From: Selaginella moellendorffii | Taxonomy: Eukaryota; Plantae; Lycopodiophyta | Length of the DNA stretch: 64,000 nucleotides | Assembly (NCBI RefSeq): GCF_000143415.4 | Contig: NW_003314287.1 | Coordinates: 1,257,374 to 1,321,373 of the forward strand | Reading direction: 5' to 3' | Shown here: piece after piece, positions 11,394 through 22,466 of the stretch | How the letters are laid out: each line of letters starts with the position of its first letter | Numbering within the stretch: the first letter of the stretch is position 1 | The notes under the pieces: model-generated | Database searches by the model: none | What the model saw: only the letters and a program-made list of their open reading frames with translations | Told to the model about the DNA's origin: nothing | Program-made: the position numbers and the translations under genes

Positions 11394-12230
11394 TTATATC
11401 TGATCTATTAGTTTCTTATAACGTGTATTATTTGTATGTATCCTTCTTTCTCCATTATTGTTTGATGGTTCTTTATATCGATAGTCAATATTGAAATCTC
11501 TTGTAATTATCATTGGTATTTTATTAACTATTTTTTGCATATAGTTATGTAGTCGTTGTATGAATATTTGTATATTTGTTCTGGGTTTTCTATATATATT
11601 TTGTATTTGTATTTGCTTTTGATTTTTCTTTAGTGATATATGCCATTGTTTCTGTTTAAAATGTTCTATTTTTTCGAATTGACAGTCATTTGTATGCAAT
11701 ATTGCTATATGTGGGGTTGTTCATGATATATTAGTTATATTCATTATGTCCTCATATGCTTGTTCTTACTTCTTGCATACATATTATATTTGATATTAAT
11801 AATTGTGAATCACTCTTTATATCTTCTTGATGTACTATAGGTGATATTGTATTTAGAACTTGTATAATTGCTTGGTTAGCTATTTTCTCTTCTTGTAAAT
11901 CTATTAAATCAATTTGCCATTATTGTCATTCTTATTATTTCTTTAGCTGCATCTTTATTAATTTTATATTTAATTGGTCTATATTGATGTATACCTTTAT
12001 AGTTTTTGTGCTCTTTTGATAATGTTGTTATGCTTATTCTCCATATTTTGTTTTATATATGCTATATTCTAATTGTTTTACTGTTAATTCTTGAGTTTTA
12101 TATTGTTTTACTATTGATTCTTGAGTTTAAATATCCTTCTTCCTACACACATGGTTGTATTGGAAATTAGTTTTTGCTTATAACATGATTTGGTTTTTAG
12201 TAATATTTATTATTCTTGTTGTGAGTGCTT
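11394..12230 (-). mobile_element. Decayed Helentron-like fragment: PIF1 helicase C-terminus fused to an AP-endonuclease (EEP) domain
   Basis: Minus strand gives FPIQPC, YKTQELTVKQL, GE*AY..LS.RA (helicase V/VI; frameshifted), then VLNTIS..VHQEDIKSD.QLLISNII, IQNIYRKP, PMIITRDFNID, T....LIDQI (EEP motifs YRPP, GDFN, IDHI). Confidence 0.7.
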
Positions 12231-14627
12231 GGAATATGGAAATGAAACACAAAAATGTGCATATCCCAAAAACCCTATGTTATATACATGAGTGAGTGGT
12301 TCAAATTGAAACTAATATAAAAACTATCAAAATCCCACTACATTAATATTAGTATACCGCATTATAATTGTATATTTGAACTTTACATCATCCCCTCCTC
12401 TCGGATAGATAGAAGATAATTAAGGTTCTCTAATAGATGGGCCAGGATCTAATAAAACATTAGGAAGGTAATGGTGGATCTGTAGATTGTGCCAGTTATT
12501 CCTAATCCCTTTGCACAAAGTGTTTTAGCCATTATATATACATGATTTCTAGAGGATTTACTTGTTGGACATCATGTTGAACTTTATAAACTTGTGATCC
12601 AATTTATTACAATACTTGATATAATCCTTTCTATTAAACAAAGAGCCCCTTAAATAAACCATGTACTGTAAGATTGAGAAAATAAACTAACACCAAGTCA
12701 TCCATTTTATACTTTGTAAGTGGACAATAATAGGACTTGTAATATCATTGTTGCCCATGGGCTAGATGTTTAGTCCAGATATCTAAGTTGTCAATACCTT
12801 TTTAAAATCCATAAACACTTGCTCAAAGTCCACAGATTAGATGAAAGATGATATTGACGACTTCAACAATACCCATAACGATTCAGTGTGATCAGAAAGA
12901 TGATCAACAAAATGACTGAGATACTACATCTTGCCCAAGTAGTGCTATACACCAATGTGATTGCATGGAATATGGAAATAAAATATAAAAATATGCATAT
13001 CAATTAACCCAAAAATCTTTAGTTTATATAAAGGAGCAAGTGGTCCAGATTGAAACTAATTTGATAGCTATCAAAATCTTATTACGTTAATATTCATTGT
13101 AGTTGTACACTTGGATATTTAATTAGTTCAAAAACTTTAAGTTATATATAGAGTGAAATCTATCAAAATTCCACTATAATAATAATAATATATAAGTGTA
13201 TATATAGCCTAAGAACTTTTACATGGTTTAGATCAAAATCAACCTAGCAAAATCCTATTATTATAATAAGTATAATACATTTCTTTTTATAATATATTAA
13301 ATAACTATTTGAATTAGTTTATTCTTATGTAAATTCAGTCGCTTAAATAAATAGCTAATATATGTAAATAGTCTCATGAATCTTTTTCAATTCAGTCCAC
13401 TAAAAATTTGATTCTGAATGCTTTACACTGTTGATGTTAAAACTTGAGTCTAATGTGATTAAAATACTCATATTTAAACTGTTGAAGCCTTGCCAAAATT
13501 GTACTTAAATATATTTCCTTCTCAACCCACAGGAAAGATCAAAAGAGAACATATAATACATACATATACTACTTTTATAGCGGGATCACAATGTGGGGCT
13601 ATTTGGATTTGGAACTTCTTACTTGCAACTCTTCTTGGACTGGCATAGGAATGTCTTGCCAACATCTCTATATTTGCATCCTAGACCTATGAACCATCTC
13701 GAGCGTTTAGTGCAGCTAGCGTAACTGGATCATTCATGTTATCTTTGTCAGCTTCTTCACATCTTCCAGAGCCTTGGGTTATGCCTCTGGGACGCTGCTC
13801 TAGAAGAATGCAAATGCTTGATCCGTCTGCACTAAACAATACTCACTCACTTAGCACCATGAACAGATGTGAAGTGAACTGGACGTGATAAGCTGGTGGG
13901 GATGGTCATGGTGGTGATCAAATGGAAGTGGGAATTGTTTTCCATTTTTCTTGGAATTTTGAAAGTGCAAAAAAGGAAATCAGTGTCACTGTTGTTTAGT
14001 TTTCTTGATAATTAGCAACAGCATTTCTATATCCATCATGTTTTGTCACCAAGGAAAATACGCGAGATCAGCTGACGCAGCTAAATTGGCATCTTTCTTC
14101 CCCGGATTCCTTGTTTTAAAAGCCCGTCTCGTCTTTCCTTCGGTTGTAATGCTAACTTATCGAATCCGATCGGTGGCAAGCCACGCAGAGAGACAAAACA
14201 CAAACCACTGTTGAGAAATGTAGGAAAAGAGAAAAAAACATCTTTCTTGGAAGCACGCGATATGGAATGCCCCCTGTCTTTACTAACAGCTGCATCCACG
14301 GAAGCAGAGGCCAAAGGCAAGGGTGGAGTTAACGGGGAACAAAACACTATTGAAAATCGAAAAAAAATGTAGTGTTTACAAGGAGCTAAAAGACGAGATT
14401 TACCAGATACCCACGCGTAATTCACCACATTAGCGACACATTCCTCTTCTCTGCTTCTGTCTCGCATGCTGCGTCCTCTCCCTTGCTCCACAGATCCTTT
14501 CATCCTTTCCTGCCAATATATTACGACGCAGGCATTTAGTCTTCCAAATCCCGTACTACTCTTACCTTGAGAGCGTAAGAGGGTCGCCAAGCTCACAGGA
14601 ACAAACCAGGAAGACGATTGGAACAGA

Positions 14628-15866
14628 ATGAGGACGCAGCAGCAGCAGCAGCAGCAGCTTTTCGGGGATGATCATAACAGCGAGAGCTGCGTCTACGATC
14701 CACCAGCAGCGGAAGGATCCTTGAGGTTCCAGATCTCATTGCGGTCCAAAGAAGGCTTGTTACCGCCACCACCTGGAGCAATGAATCGCGGGGTTTTAAA
14801 ACAGGAGCCAGAAGTAGAGCAGGAACGAGAGCAGTACCTTGTGGCCCCAAGCAGCAAACAGCAGCAGCAGCAGCAGCAGCAAACAAGTCGATCCTTGCCA
14901 TCGCCACCGGGGATCAAGAACAGGAAGAAGTTCGTTGGAGTGAGACAACGCCCGTCTGGTCGCTGGGTGGCGGAGATCAAGGACACCACCCAGAAGATCC
15001 GGCTGTGGCTGGGGACCTTCAATACTGCCGAGGATGCTGCTCGAGCTTACGACGAGGCTGCCTGTTTGCTCCGGGGCACAAACACCAGGACCAACTTCAT
15101 CAACACAGCTCCCGCTTCAGACGCATCGGCTCTTCCTTCCAAGGCCGCGAAGATGCTTCTCTTCCACCGTGGTTCCACACCCAGTAGCTCTACCACTGGC
15201 TCGTCTGCTGCTGAGAAGCTGCTCGATTTCTCCAGGCCGAAGAGAACTGCTGCTGTCGGTGATAAGAGTGTCAGCTGCTTTCTTCCTCCACCGAAAAAAA
15301 TCTGTAGCTCGTTGACACCCAGCAGCAGGCAGCAGCAGCAGCAGCAGGACGGCATTTTGGGATCGGAATTCATTGCCGAAGGCAGTGGCTTCTACAATCC
15401 TAGCTCCGGCCTGTACTCCCTGTCCTCCTCCAGTACCTCACACTATGTAAACTCGGAGGACCTGTCGAGCGTTGAATCGGCATTTGACATCTACTCCGGA
15501 TTTCCTCAGTCATTCGACGAGATTCCGCTGCTGGAAAGCTGCTGCAGCAACAGTGTTGACGCTTGCATGAACAGTAACGTTGCAGCAAACGTCGGCCTTG
15601 GTGTTGAGCAGCAACAGGTCCAGAAAGGTTTCTATGAGAGGCAAAATTCGGTTTCTCTGAATCAGGGGAACAGCGGCCAAGATTGTTGTCTCATGCTGGG
15701 AGCAACTTCTTCTTCCATGATGTCTTCTCCGAGCTTGTCGTTGCCTCCCTCGTTTTATTCTCAGAGATCGTCCGCATGGAAGCAGCAAAAACAGGAACCA
15801 GAACCCACCGGAAACGAGAATCAGGAGTGTTTATGGGATCTCACCCCTCTCTGCACTGTGAACTAG
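14628..15866 (+). CDS. AP2/ERF transcription factor, ERN1/RAP2.11-like (ERF group V)
   Basis: AP2 domain [57 protein letters not shown]; C-terminal ERQ.S.SL and LWDL.PLC motifs typical of ERN proteins; single exon with polyQ tracts. Confidence 0.93.
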   Translation: MRTQQQQQQQLFGDDHNSESCVYDPPAAEGSLRFQISLRSKEGLLPPPPGAMNRGVLKQEPEVEQEREQYLVAPSSKQQQQQQQQTSRSLPSPPGIKNRKKFVGVRQRPSGRWVAEIKDTTQKIRLWLGTFNTAEDAARAYDEAACLLRGTNTRTNFINTAPASDASALPSKAAKMLLFHRGSTPSSSTTGSSAAEKLLDFSRPKRTAAVGDKSVSCFLPPPKKICSSLTPSSRQQQQQQDGILGSEFIAEGSGFYNPSSGLYSLSSSSTSHYVNSEDLSSVESAFDIYSGFPQSFDEIPLLESCCSNSVDACMNSNVAANVGLGVEQQQVQKGFYERQNSVSLNQGNSGQDCCLMLGATSSSMMSSPSLSLPPSFYSQRSSAWKQQKQEPEPTGNENQECLWDLTPLCTVN

Positions 15867-17106
15867 GTACCACTGTGAAGAAGTTGATCGTCAGTGGTGT
15901 GAGCGAGGAGATCCCATAAACACTTCCCGATCAACAGGGTAGTTTTCGGAACCGCTTACACAGCAACTACAAGAGTGTTACAGTTAGCTGTGTATGAAGT
16001 TTTGAAACAAGAAACTACACCTGGAAATTTTACTTTTTATGCTCGCTTGAGTCACTTCGGCTCTGACATTGAAATTCTGCTACTGCGGCAGTGCAATCTA
16101 TTGCATTGTCTGGTGCAATAACTTGTTCGTTTTGTCGCCTCCATAGCTATCAAGTACCTGGGACGCTGCTGTCCATTTGACTCTGCTGAGAATCTGAATA
16201 AATCAAGCCCAGAAAAACTGAAGTTGTACCTTCGTGTTTACTATAGCTGGCAGTCCAGGATCACGTGAAAACTTCACTTCTGTAGTCCTTGATCCGGTCA
16301 CAGCGTTCCTTTTTAAAAGCATACAAAGTTCCGTGAAGGTACGCCCGCGCCTGAAACAAAAGAACTGTGCGCCTGCGTCAAAGCCCACACTACAAGAATC
16401 CAACCAACAATTCTCTGCGCTAACCTTTCTTGCTTCACTTGTCTCTTTTGCTACTTCAAAATGCTAAGGAAAATGAGAAAGAAAACCAGCTAGCGACTTC
16501 ACTCGTCCCTTTCTACATAGTGAGCGATTGCAACTTCAGTAGGTACCTCTCACCTGCCCGCTGTGGCTGCATTTTCTTCCAACAAGCCATGCTCTGTGCT
16601 CAAGGGAAAGGAAAACTTGCATTTTTTGTTATTCTTTGCGCCATCTCCCAAGGCATCTGTTCAGCCAAACACGTCAGTGGAAAACAACGACAGAAAAAGC
16701 TCATTTCTCTCACCTGCATTTGCCATCTTTCGCAATAACCAGCGCAGCTGCATCGTGTCCTCTGTGTGGCCATAGTCACAAACCTTTAACCCCGCTGCAA
16801 GACCATTGTTGCAAAGTCAATACTTTCAAGTCCAACAGGACAAAAAATGTAAGAAAATACCAACCGCGGCGACAAAAATCAACGTCAGCTGCGTGGGGTA
16901 CGAAGTATTCCTCCCAGTTACGTCGCGATAAGATGGCTGCATCAAAGCCAAGCTGTGCCACTGACGGACGAATATGGAAACGCTTAAGTCGTTGTTGATA
17001 GCTTTTCCCTTGGAACAAGCGAAGAGTACCCAGTATTGGGGCAGCAATCAATGTGTGATCTTCTCGATTCATTTGCTTCCATCAATCTTCTTCGTGGGAT
17101 CAAAGA

Positions 17107-18339
17107 ATGGACAGCAACACCGCCGTGGAGATGTCTCTGATCGTTAACAGCAACAACAGCAGTAAGTAGAAAGAAAATCCTGTGCTCGATCCAAATCTTA
17201 CCTTTGTTCTTTGATTCACATCCACAGCAGCTGCCGCTACCGGACCTATCGCTGCCACTCCACCCGCGAGCAAATTCTTTCTCCACGACTCGAAATTCCG
17301 GCGATCCCTCGTCTCCAAGCCGCTCGAGACCCTGCGATCCAAATCCCGGCTCCACTGGCTGCTCCTCTCGCTCAGCATTCTTTCGATGCTGACCGGGATG
17401 ATCGCCGGGCAGCTGCTCACGCGATTCTACTTCGCGGCCGGGGGATCGCGCAAGTGGCTCTCGACATGGCTCCAAACGTCGGGATGGCCGCTGCTAGCGG
17501 TGGCCACTGGATCGATCTACTGGAAGCGCGGCATCAAGCTCACGCCGCTCACACCGGCGCTCGCCGCGACCTACATCGCACTGGGATTTCTTGGAGCCCT
17601 AGATAATTTCATGTATGCCTATGGCCTGGCATACCTCCCGGCCTCCACGAATGGCCTCCTCTCCTCCAGCCAGCTCGCATTCAATGCGATCTTCGCGCTG
17701 ATCATCACGCGCCAGAGGATCAATCCCTTCGGGTGGAACGCGATCGTGCTGGTGAGCAGCGCCGCCGTGATCTTGGCGCTTCACTCCGACGATGAGAAGC
17801 TCCCGGGCGTGACGAGAAAGGAGGTCGTCCTGGGCTACGTGATGACGACCGGCGCCGCGGCGCTGTTTGGATTGCTCTATCCTCTCATCGAGCTTGCAAT
17901 CCGGAAATTTCTCACCAGATCGAGCGACGGCGGCGGCGGCGCCGTCGTGTTGGAGATGCAAACCCTGCTCTCGCTCGTCTCCACCGCGGTGGCCAGCGTC
18001 GCCATGGCGATCAACGGCGATTTCCTGGCGATCCCGGGCGAGTCGCGGCGATTCAAGCCCGGCGCTGCGAGCTACTACCTCACGCTCGTCTCCACCGCCG
18101 TGTCGTGGCAATTCGCATTCTTGGGAACGCTGGGAATAATCTTCCTTTCCTCGTCGCTGCTCGCGGGTGTGATTTTGGCGCTCGCGATTCCCATCGGCTC
18201 CATCTTCGCGGTCATCTTCTTTGGCGATAGCTTCGGCGGCGTCAAGATCATGTCCATGCTGCTCTCGCTCTGGGGATTTGTGTCTTACACCTTTGGCGGA
18301 TACGTGGACATGAAGAAGGCTTCCAAGTTGGAGCCCTAA
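17107..18339 (+). CDS. Purine permease (PUP family) copy 1; exons 17107-17161 and 17228-18339
   Basis: GQLLTRFY...GGSRKWLSTWLQTSGWP, YAYGLAYLPAST..LL.SSQLAFNAIF, SLWGFVSY; ~10 TM segments; the GT-AG intron restores frame. Confidence 0.92.
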
Positions 18340-18637
18340 AATAAAGAATATTTTACTTTTCGTCTTCTACCAAAGGAAAAAAATTAAGGATAAATATTCC
18401 TAAAGAACACATCTTAAATCCATACCAACACAAGCTTTTTGTCAAATCTAACACTGTGTTTGCCATACTGTCATTCTTGATTTAGGTTAGAAGCTTTTTG
18501 TTATGTTCACATAACAACACTACTCTTGCAGCTGCGTCACATGAGTTGGTTAGGATTTTATACTTCATGTAAGTGTTATAAACAAGATCTAAAACAATAT
18601 ATAGGTGTGATGTACTGCTCCAACTTCTGTAGGATGT

Positions 18638-19200
18638 GAGCGCCAAAATCACTCTTGCAAGCAATGACAAGGAGAGGAAAATTATACACCAGCCTTCTCA
18701 AGAAAGCGAATTGCCACGACATGGTGGTCATGAGGTAGTAGTTTGCAGCACAATCCCTTCATCCATCCCATGATGAGTTTTATATATATATATATATATA
18801 AACCCAAAAAAGCTACCTATTTATTTAGCTCTCCAGAGGTTCTCTACATTAGTTAATTAATTAGTTGCTGACTTAGTGTTCCACTTCATTTCTCTAGAGA
18901 TAGTCAAATTGAACCCTGAGCTCTGACCTTCACCTTGGTCTGCCACCAAACGGCAAAGACAATCATCTAGGCAACTTATTTAAATCCTTTGGTTTCATGG
19001 GGGTGTAACGAGACCATGTAAACAGAATATAAATGAATGAATGAATGAAATATGTTAGGCTTGGTGGTGGTCCTATATTTATTCATCCTCACTGGCAACT
19101 ATTGCTTTATCATACAACTTTTGCTTTTCTTTTCTTGCTCCTTTCTTTTATTCCTTCATTATACTTGCTGCACACTCCATATTTGTATATTAATTTCTAA
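18638..19200 (-). pseudogene. Inverted, decayed PUP remnant (C-terminal coding piece plus promoter-like sequence)
   Basis: Reverse complement of 18638-18750 matches PUP1 ~18062-18183; 18825-18870 and 19050-19180 are inverted copies of the PUP2 upstream region ~20780-21007. Confidence 0.75.
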
Positions 19201-21204
19201 GTATACCAGCATATGATCAGTCTTTTCTATTTCTATCTATATGTTCTTCCTATCTTTTTGTCAAATCTAAGATTTTACCTATCACTGTGTTTACATTTGC
19301 TCTTCCATTTTAATCCTCATTTCTTATACCATGCCACACTGTCATTCTAGATTTAGGTTAGAAGCTTTAAGTGCTACTTCGTTGTGTTCACATAGCAACA
19401 CACTCTTGCAGCTGCATCACATGAGTATTTATTTGTTTGGATTTTACACTTCATGTAAGTATTACAAACAAGATCTAAAACAATATATAACATGTTATGT
19501 AATTGTTTTGGTACTGCTAAAATCCTTGGTGTATTGCCATTTTCAACTTCTATAAAATGTGAATACAATGTTGCTTCTCTTATCCTCATAACAAGGAATT
19601 CAGAGATGAATTGAAATTTTCAGAATGGAATGGTGCCATTCTTTAAATTTAATATTTAACTTCCTTTTTTTTCTTTCTAATCTTATATTTTTTTCTTGGT
19701 CTTTACCCACTTACAACCATTTCTTTTTCTCATGATCTTTCTTATGATTGCATGGTTTCACAAAGGTTCTGGGCAGCTCAAGAACAAGAGAGTTTAGGAT
19801 AAAAGTGTTGCCTTTGTTCTTAGTGATCTTATGCCTCTAGATGGGTGCTATAAACCCCCAAAACATGATAGGTGTTAACAGATCCCAATTATTTCTTGCA
19901 CATTGATCACTAATGACTTTTAGTGACTTGTTTTGTCCCATTCCCCTGTTTTAATCGTTTAGAGTGTGAATGTCACTAAGAATTTTTTTCTTACTGTTGT
20001 TCAATTTCATTCTCTTGAGAGAATGATCCCATTTTCACATGCTTTTTGCCTCAACTTTTCTTCTTTTCCATGATTCTTTCTTTAGAAAATGGATGGATGA
20101 ATAAGAGTCTAGGTGTAATGATAGATTGAAAATAAGGATGAATAATTAGGATTGTGGTATAAAGACTGTGATCAAGGGGCTGGAGGATTGACAAGGCATG
20201 CAGACTCTTCAAGGAGCACTCCAAAAGTCAAAGATCAAGAAGCTGTTTGCAGTTGCATACATCTACTGCAGATACTTAGATTACCCCCTTCTAATATCCT
20301 AGGAATTTATCATAAATACAATGCAAACCATTTTTAAGTCAATTAGAAAACTTCTGCTAAGCTAAATTATCATTCTAGTCATGAATTAAATGTAACTGGG
20401 CCTTTAAGAGATTTCCACTAGTCATTTATACATCTTTAAGACAAAATGCTTTGGAGAAAGAATGAGCAAGTAGAACTAGAAATGAAGAAACACTCGAGCA
20501 CATAGAGAGACTAAAGAGAACTTGTGTGGATAGAATACAATGCCTTCAAACACCTACATCAGCATCAGGTGACGTCAACTTTCTCTCCCAATCCATGTAT
20601 TTTTCATTGCAAATGTTGACAAGTATGTAACAGCATGCACAACATGATAAAATTACAAGTTTCTGTTAACTCTATGATTTGCTATTGTTGAACAACAACA
20701 TTTTCAGCTAGATTATACTTAATTCGAAGCTTCCACATCCCCAAAATGTAATTTAAATAATAACAATAAATTAATACCAAGCGTGCAGCAAATTATTACT
20801 AGGCATAATGAAGGAATAAAAGGAGCAGCAATAAGCAGAAAGAAAAAGCAAAAGTGTATGAGAAAGCAACGGTTGCTAGTTAGGGTGAATAAGTATAAGA
20901 CCACCACCAAGTCTAACATTTCTTGTGCCAAGCCGCAAAGACAGCACCTAACTAATTAATATGAACTCCTTAATGTAGAGAACCATGCCACGATCTGGAG
21001 AGCTAAGTAATGCCATCTACTCTCGATTTGCCCATTGTAGAGGTGGTGTTTTTGCGGATGTGCTGGCAGTCGAAGAAGATTAGGAAAACATGGTGGTGGG
21101 TACTACATGACCATATCTAATAATAGTGGCTGGCAACTTTTCCTTGAGCATTGATCTTCTGGGTTCAAGTTTTGCCTCCATCAATCTTCTTCTTGGGATC
21201 AAGA

Positions 21205-22420
21205 ATGGACAACACCACCACCGTGGACATGTCTCTGATCAATAACGGCAAGAACAGCAGTAAGTAGAGAGAAATGAGAAAGAAGCAAAATGAAGGAACA
21301 TGCTCGATCCAAATCTCTAATTACCTTTTGTTCATCCACAGCAGCTGCGGCTCCACCCGCGACCAAAATCTTTCACCACGACTCAAGATTTCGGCAATTC
21401 CTCGTCTCCAAGCCCCTCGAGGCCCTGCGATCCAAACCCCGGCTCCACTGGCTGCTCCTCTCGCTCAGCATCCTTTCGATGATGATCGGGACGGTCGTCG
21501 GGCAGCTGCTCACGCGATTCTACTTCGCGGCCGGGGGATCGCGCAAGTGGCTCTCGACGTGGCTCCAAACGTCGGGATGGCCGCTGCTGGCAGTGGCGAC
21601 TGGATCGATCTACTGGAAGCGCGGCATCAAACTCACGCCGCTCACACCGGCGCTCGCTGCAACCTACACTGCACTAGGATTTCTTGTGGCTCTATATAGT
21701 TTCATGTATGCCTATGGCCTGTCCTACCTCCCGGCCTCCACCAGCGGCCTCCTCTCCTCCAGCCAGCTCGCATTCAACGCGATCTTCGCGCTGATCATCA
21801 CGCGCCAGAAGATCAATCCCTTTGGATGGAACGCGATCGTGCTGGTGACCAGCGCCGCCGTGATCTTGGCGCTTCACTCCGATGACGAGAAGCTCCCCGG
21901 CGTGACGAGGAAGGAGGTCGTCCTGGGCTACGTGATGACAATCGTCGCCGCGGCGCTGTCTGGATTTTTCTTTCCCATCACCGAGCTTGTAATCCGGAAA
22001 TTTCTCACCGGATCTTCCAGATCAAGCGACGCCGCCACCGTCTTGTTGGAGATGCAAACCCTGCTCTCGCTCATCTCCACCGCGGTGTCCAGCGTCGCCA
22101 TGGCGATCAACCACGATTTCCTGGCGATTCCGGGCGAGTCGCGGCGCTTCAAGGCCGGCGCTGCCCGCTACTACATCACGCTCGTCTCCACCGCCGTGTC
22201 GTGGCAATTCGCATTCTTGGGAACGCTGGGGATGATCTTCCTCTCCTCGTCGCTGCTCGCGGGCGTGATTATGGCTCTCGAGATTCCTATCGGCTCCATT
22301 TTCGCGGTCATCTTCTTTGGCGATAGCTTTGGCGGCCTCAAGATCATGTCTATGTTCCTCTCGCTCTGGGGGTTTGTGTCCTACACGTATGGCGGATATA
22401 TGGACATGAAGAACAAGTAA
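21205..22420 (+). CDS. Purine permease (PUP family) copy 2; exons 21205-21259 and 21342-22420
   Basis: Highly similar to copy 1, with the same 55-bp first exon and intron position. Confidence 0.92.
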
Positions 22421-22466
22421 GAGCCCTAAAAGAGAGCATATTCTACTTTTAAATTTGAATATACTT

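Noticed and set aside
12400-12950. Possible gypsy RT/RNaseH scrap on the minus strand
   Set aside because: Only a faint WT.E..F..KKVLT-like match; too weak to annotate.
16203-17072. Cluster of 66-120-aa ORFs between the ERF and PUP1
   Set aside because: Overlapping ORFs in several frames with no domain or paralog support; likely UTR/promoter sequence.
21290-21341. ORF-track start of PUP2 (MKEHARSK...)
   Set aside because: Falls inside the intron conserved with PUP1; the true start is most likely 21205.
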